The notes beneath the pieces were generated by a model that was given only the letters and a program-made list of their open reading frames with translations, did no database searches and was not told the DNA's origin. The translations under genes were made by a program, and so were the position numbers. A DNA stretch of 64,000 bases from Setoptus koraiensis (lineage: Eukaryota > Animalia > Arthropoda): contig CM106586.1 in assembly GCA_048013815.1 (NCBI GenBank), positions 15,004,001 through 15,068,000 of the forward strand, given 5' to 3'. Each line of letters begins with the position of its first letter. Within the stretch, counting starts at the first letter, position 1. Shown here piece after piece: positions 63,361-64,000 of the stretch.

Positions 63361-64000
63361 GCGGCATCACAACTAACAAGACAGCAACTATCAATACACA
63401 TGAATGGCAATAATAAAGATCACTAATGAATGAATTCTCACTAACTAATAATAGCTAGTAGCGAGAGAAAAGAAGTAAACTAAAAGTAAGCACTGAGCAC
63501 AAGAAGAAGATAAACTTGTACAGCTCGCTAGTTGCCGTCTGGTTAAGTTTTAAAGAAGTCGCATATGGCGATAGTCGTGATAGCTGTTAGTTTCTTTTTC
63601 TCTCTCTGTAAAAACAAGATTTTACTTCTACTTTCGCTATAACGACGACAAGACAAACATAACAACTACCGCCAGCACTCCCTAAACTACTGTAAGATAT
63701 CGTCGCACTGGTGACTCAAAATCACCACCATATTACTAAAGCTGCTACATTTATTATGTTCCAACTCTCTCTCTCTCTCTTTCAGAGTTTATTGTAATAT
63801 ACACCATGTGTGTGTGTGCTCGAGAACATATATAACTTTATATAACTAAAACTAATGTGCCATTTTCTGCAAAGTACACTGTATAGTGGCGTACATGTTG
63901 ATACAGAGATGAATGAACAGAGACAGAATATTGTTATTATTAGTTTATTATTATTACTATCATTGTGCGAGAAGCGCCGAAAAAACCCCAACAATCTTGT

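Overview
Eukaryotic nuclear scaffold from a compact, intron-poor arthropod genome (a mite is my inference, not proven). Recognisable genes: emc/Id-type HLH, NPC2/ML lipid-binding protein, extended-Tudor protein, PRKRIP1, tRNA-Arg(CCT), EMG1/NEP1 head-to-head with MRPL14, an animal heme peroxidase, a Cad86C-like cadherin, two BTB-BACK-Kelch paralogs, an orphan ORF, mitochondrial IleRS (IARS2), a secreted duplicated-domain protein and COPS5/CSN5. The main finding is a chimeric gene: the intronless IARS2 (41407-44532) starts with about 38 codons, plus the whole upstream bidirectional promoter, taken from a duplicate of the NEP1-MRPL14 locus at 6.6-8.0 kb. NEP1 decayed to a pseudogene in that copy while the promoter core and N-terminal peptide were kept, which points to recruitment of a promoter and mitochondrial targeting peptide by segmental duplication. 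The window also holds four NEP1 relics, two IARS2 relics, a probable EMC1 relic in a circularly permuted tandem array with the Kelch genes, three MITE-like elements, and a NEP1 with a degenerate SAM pocket. Two 500-N gaps have overlapping flanks, and a 12.4-kb A/C-rich block splitting COPS5 is probably an assembly or read artefact. All alignments and identities were made by eye and are approximate.
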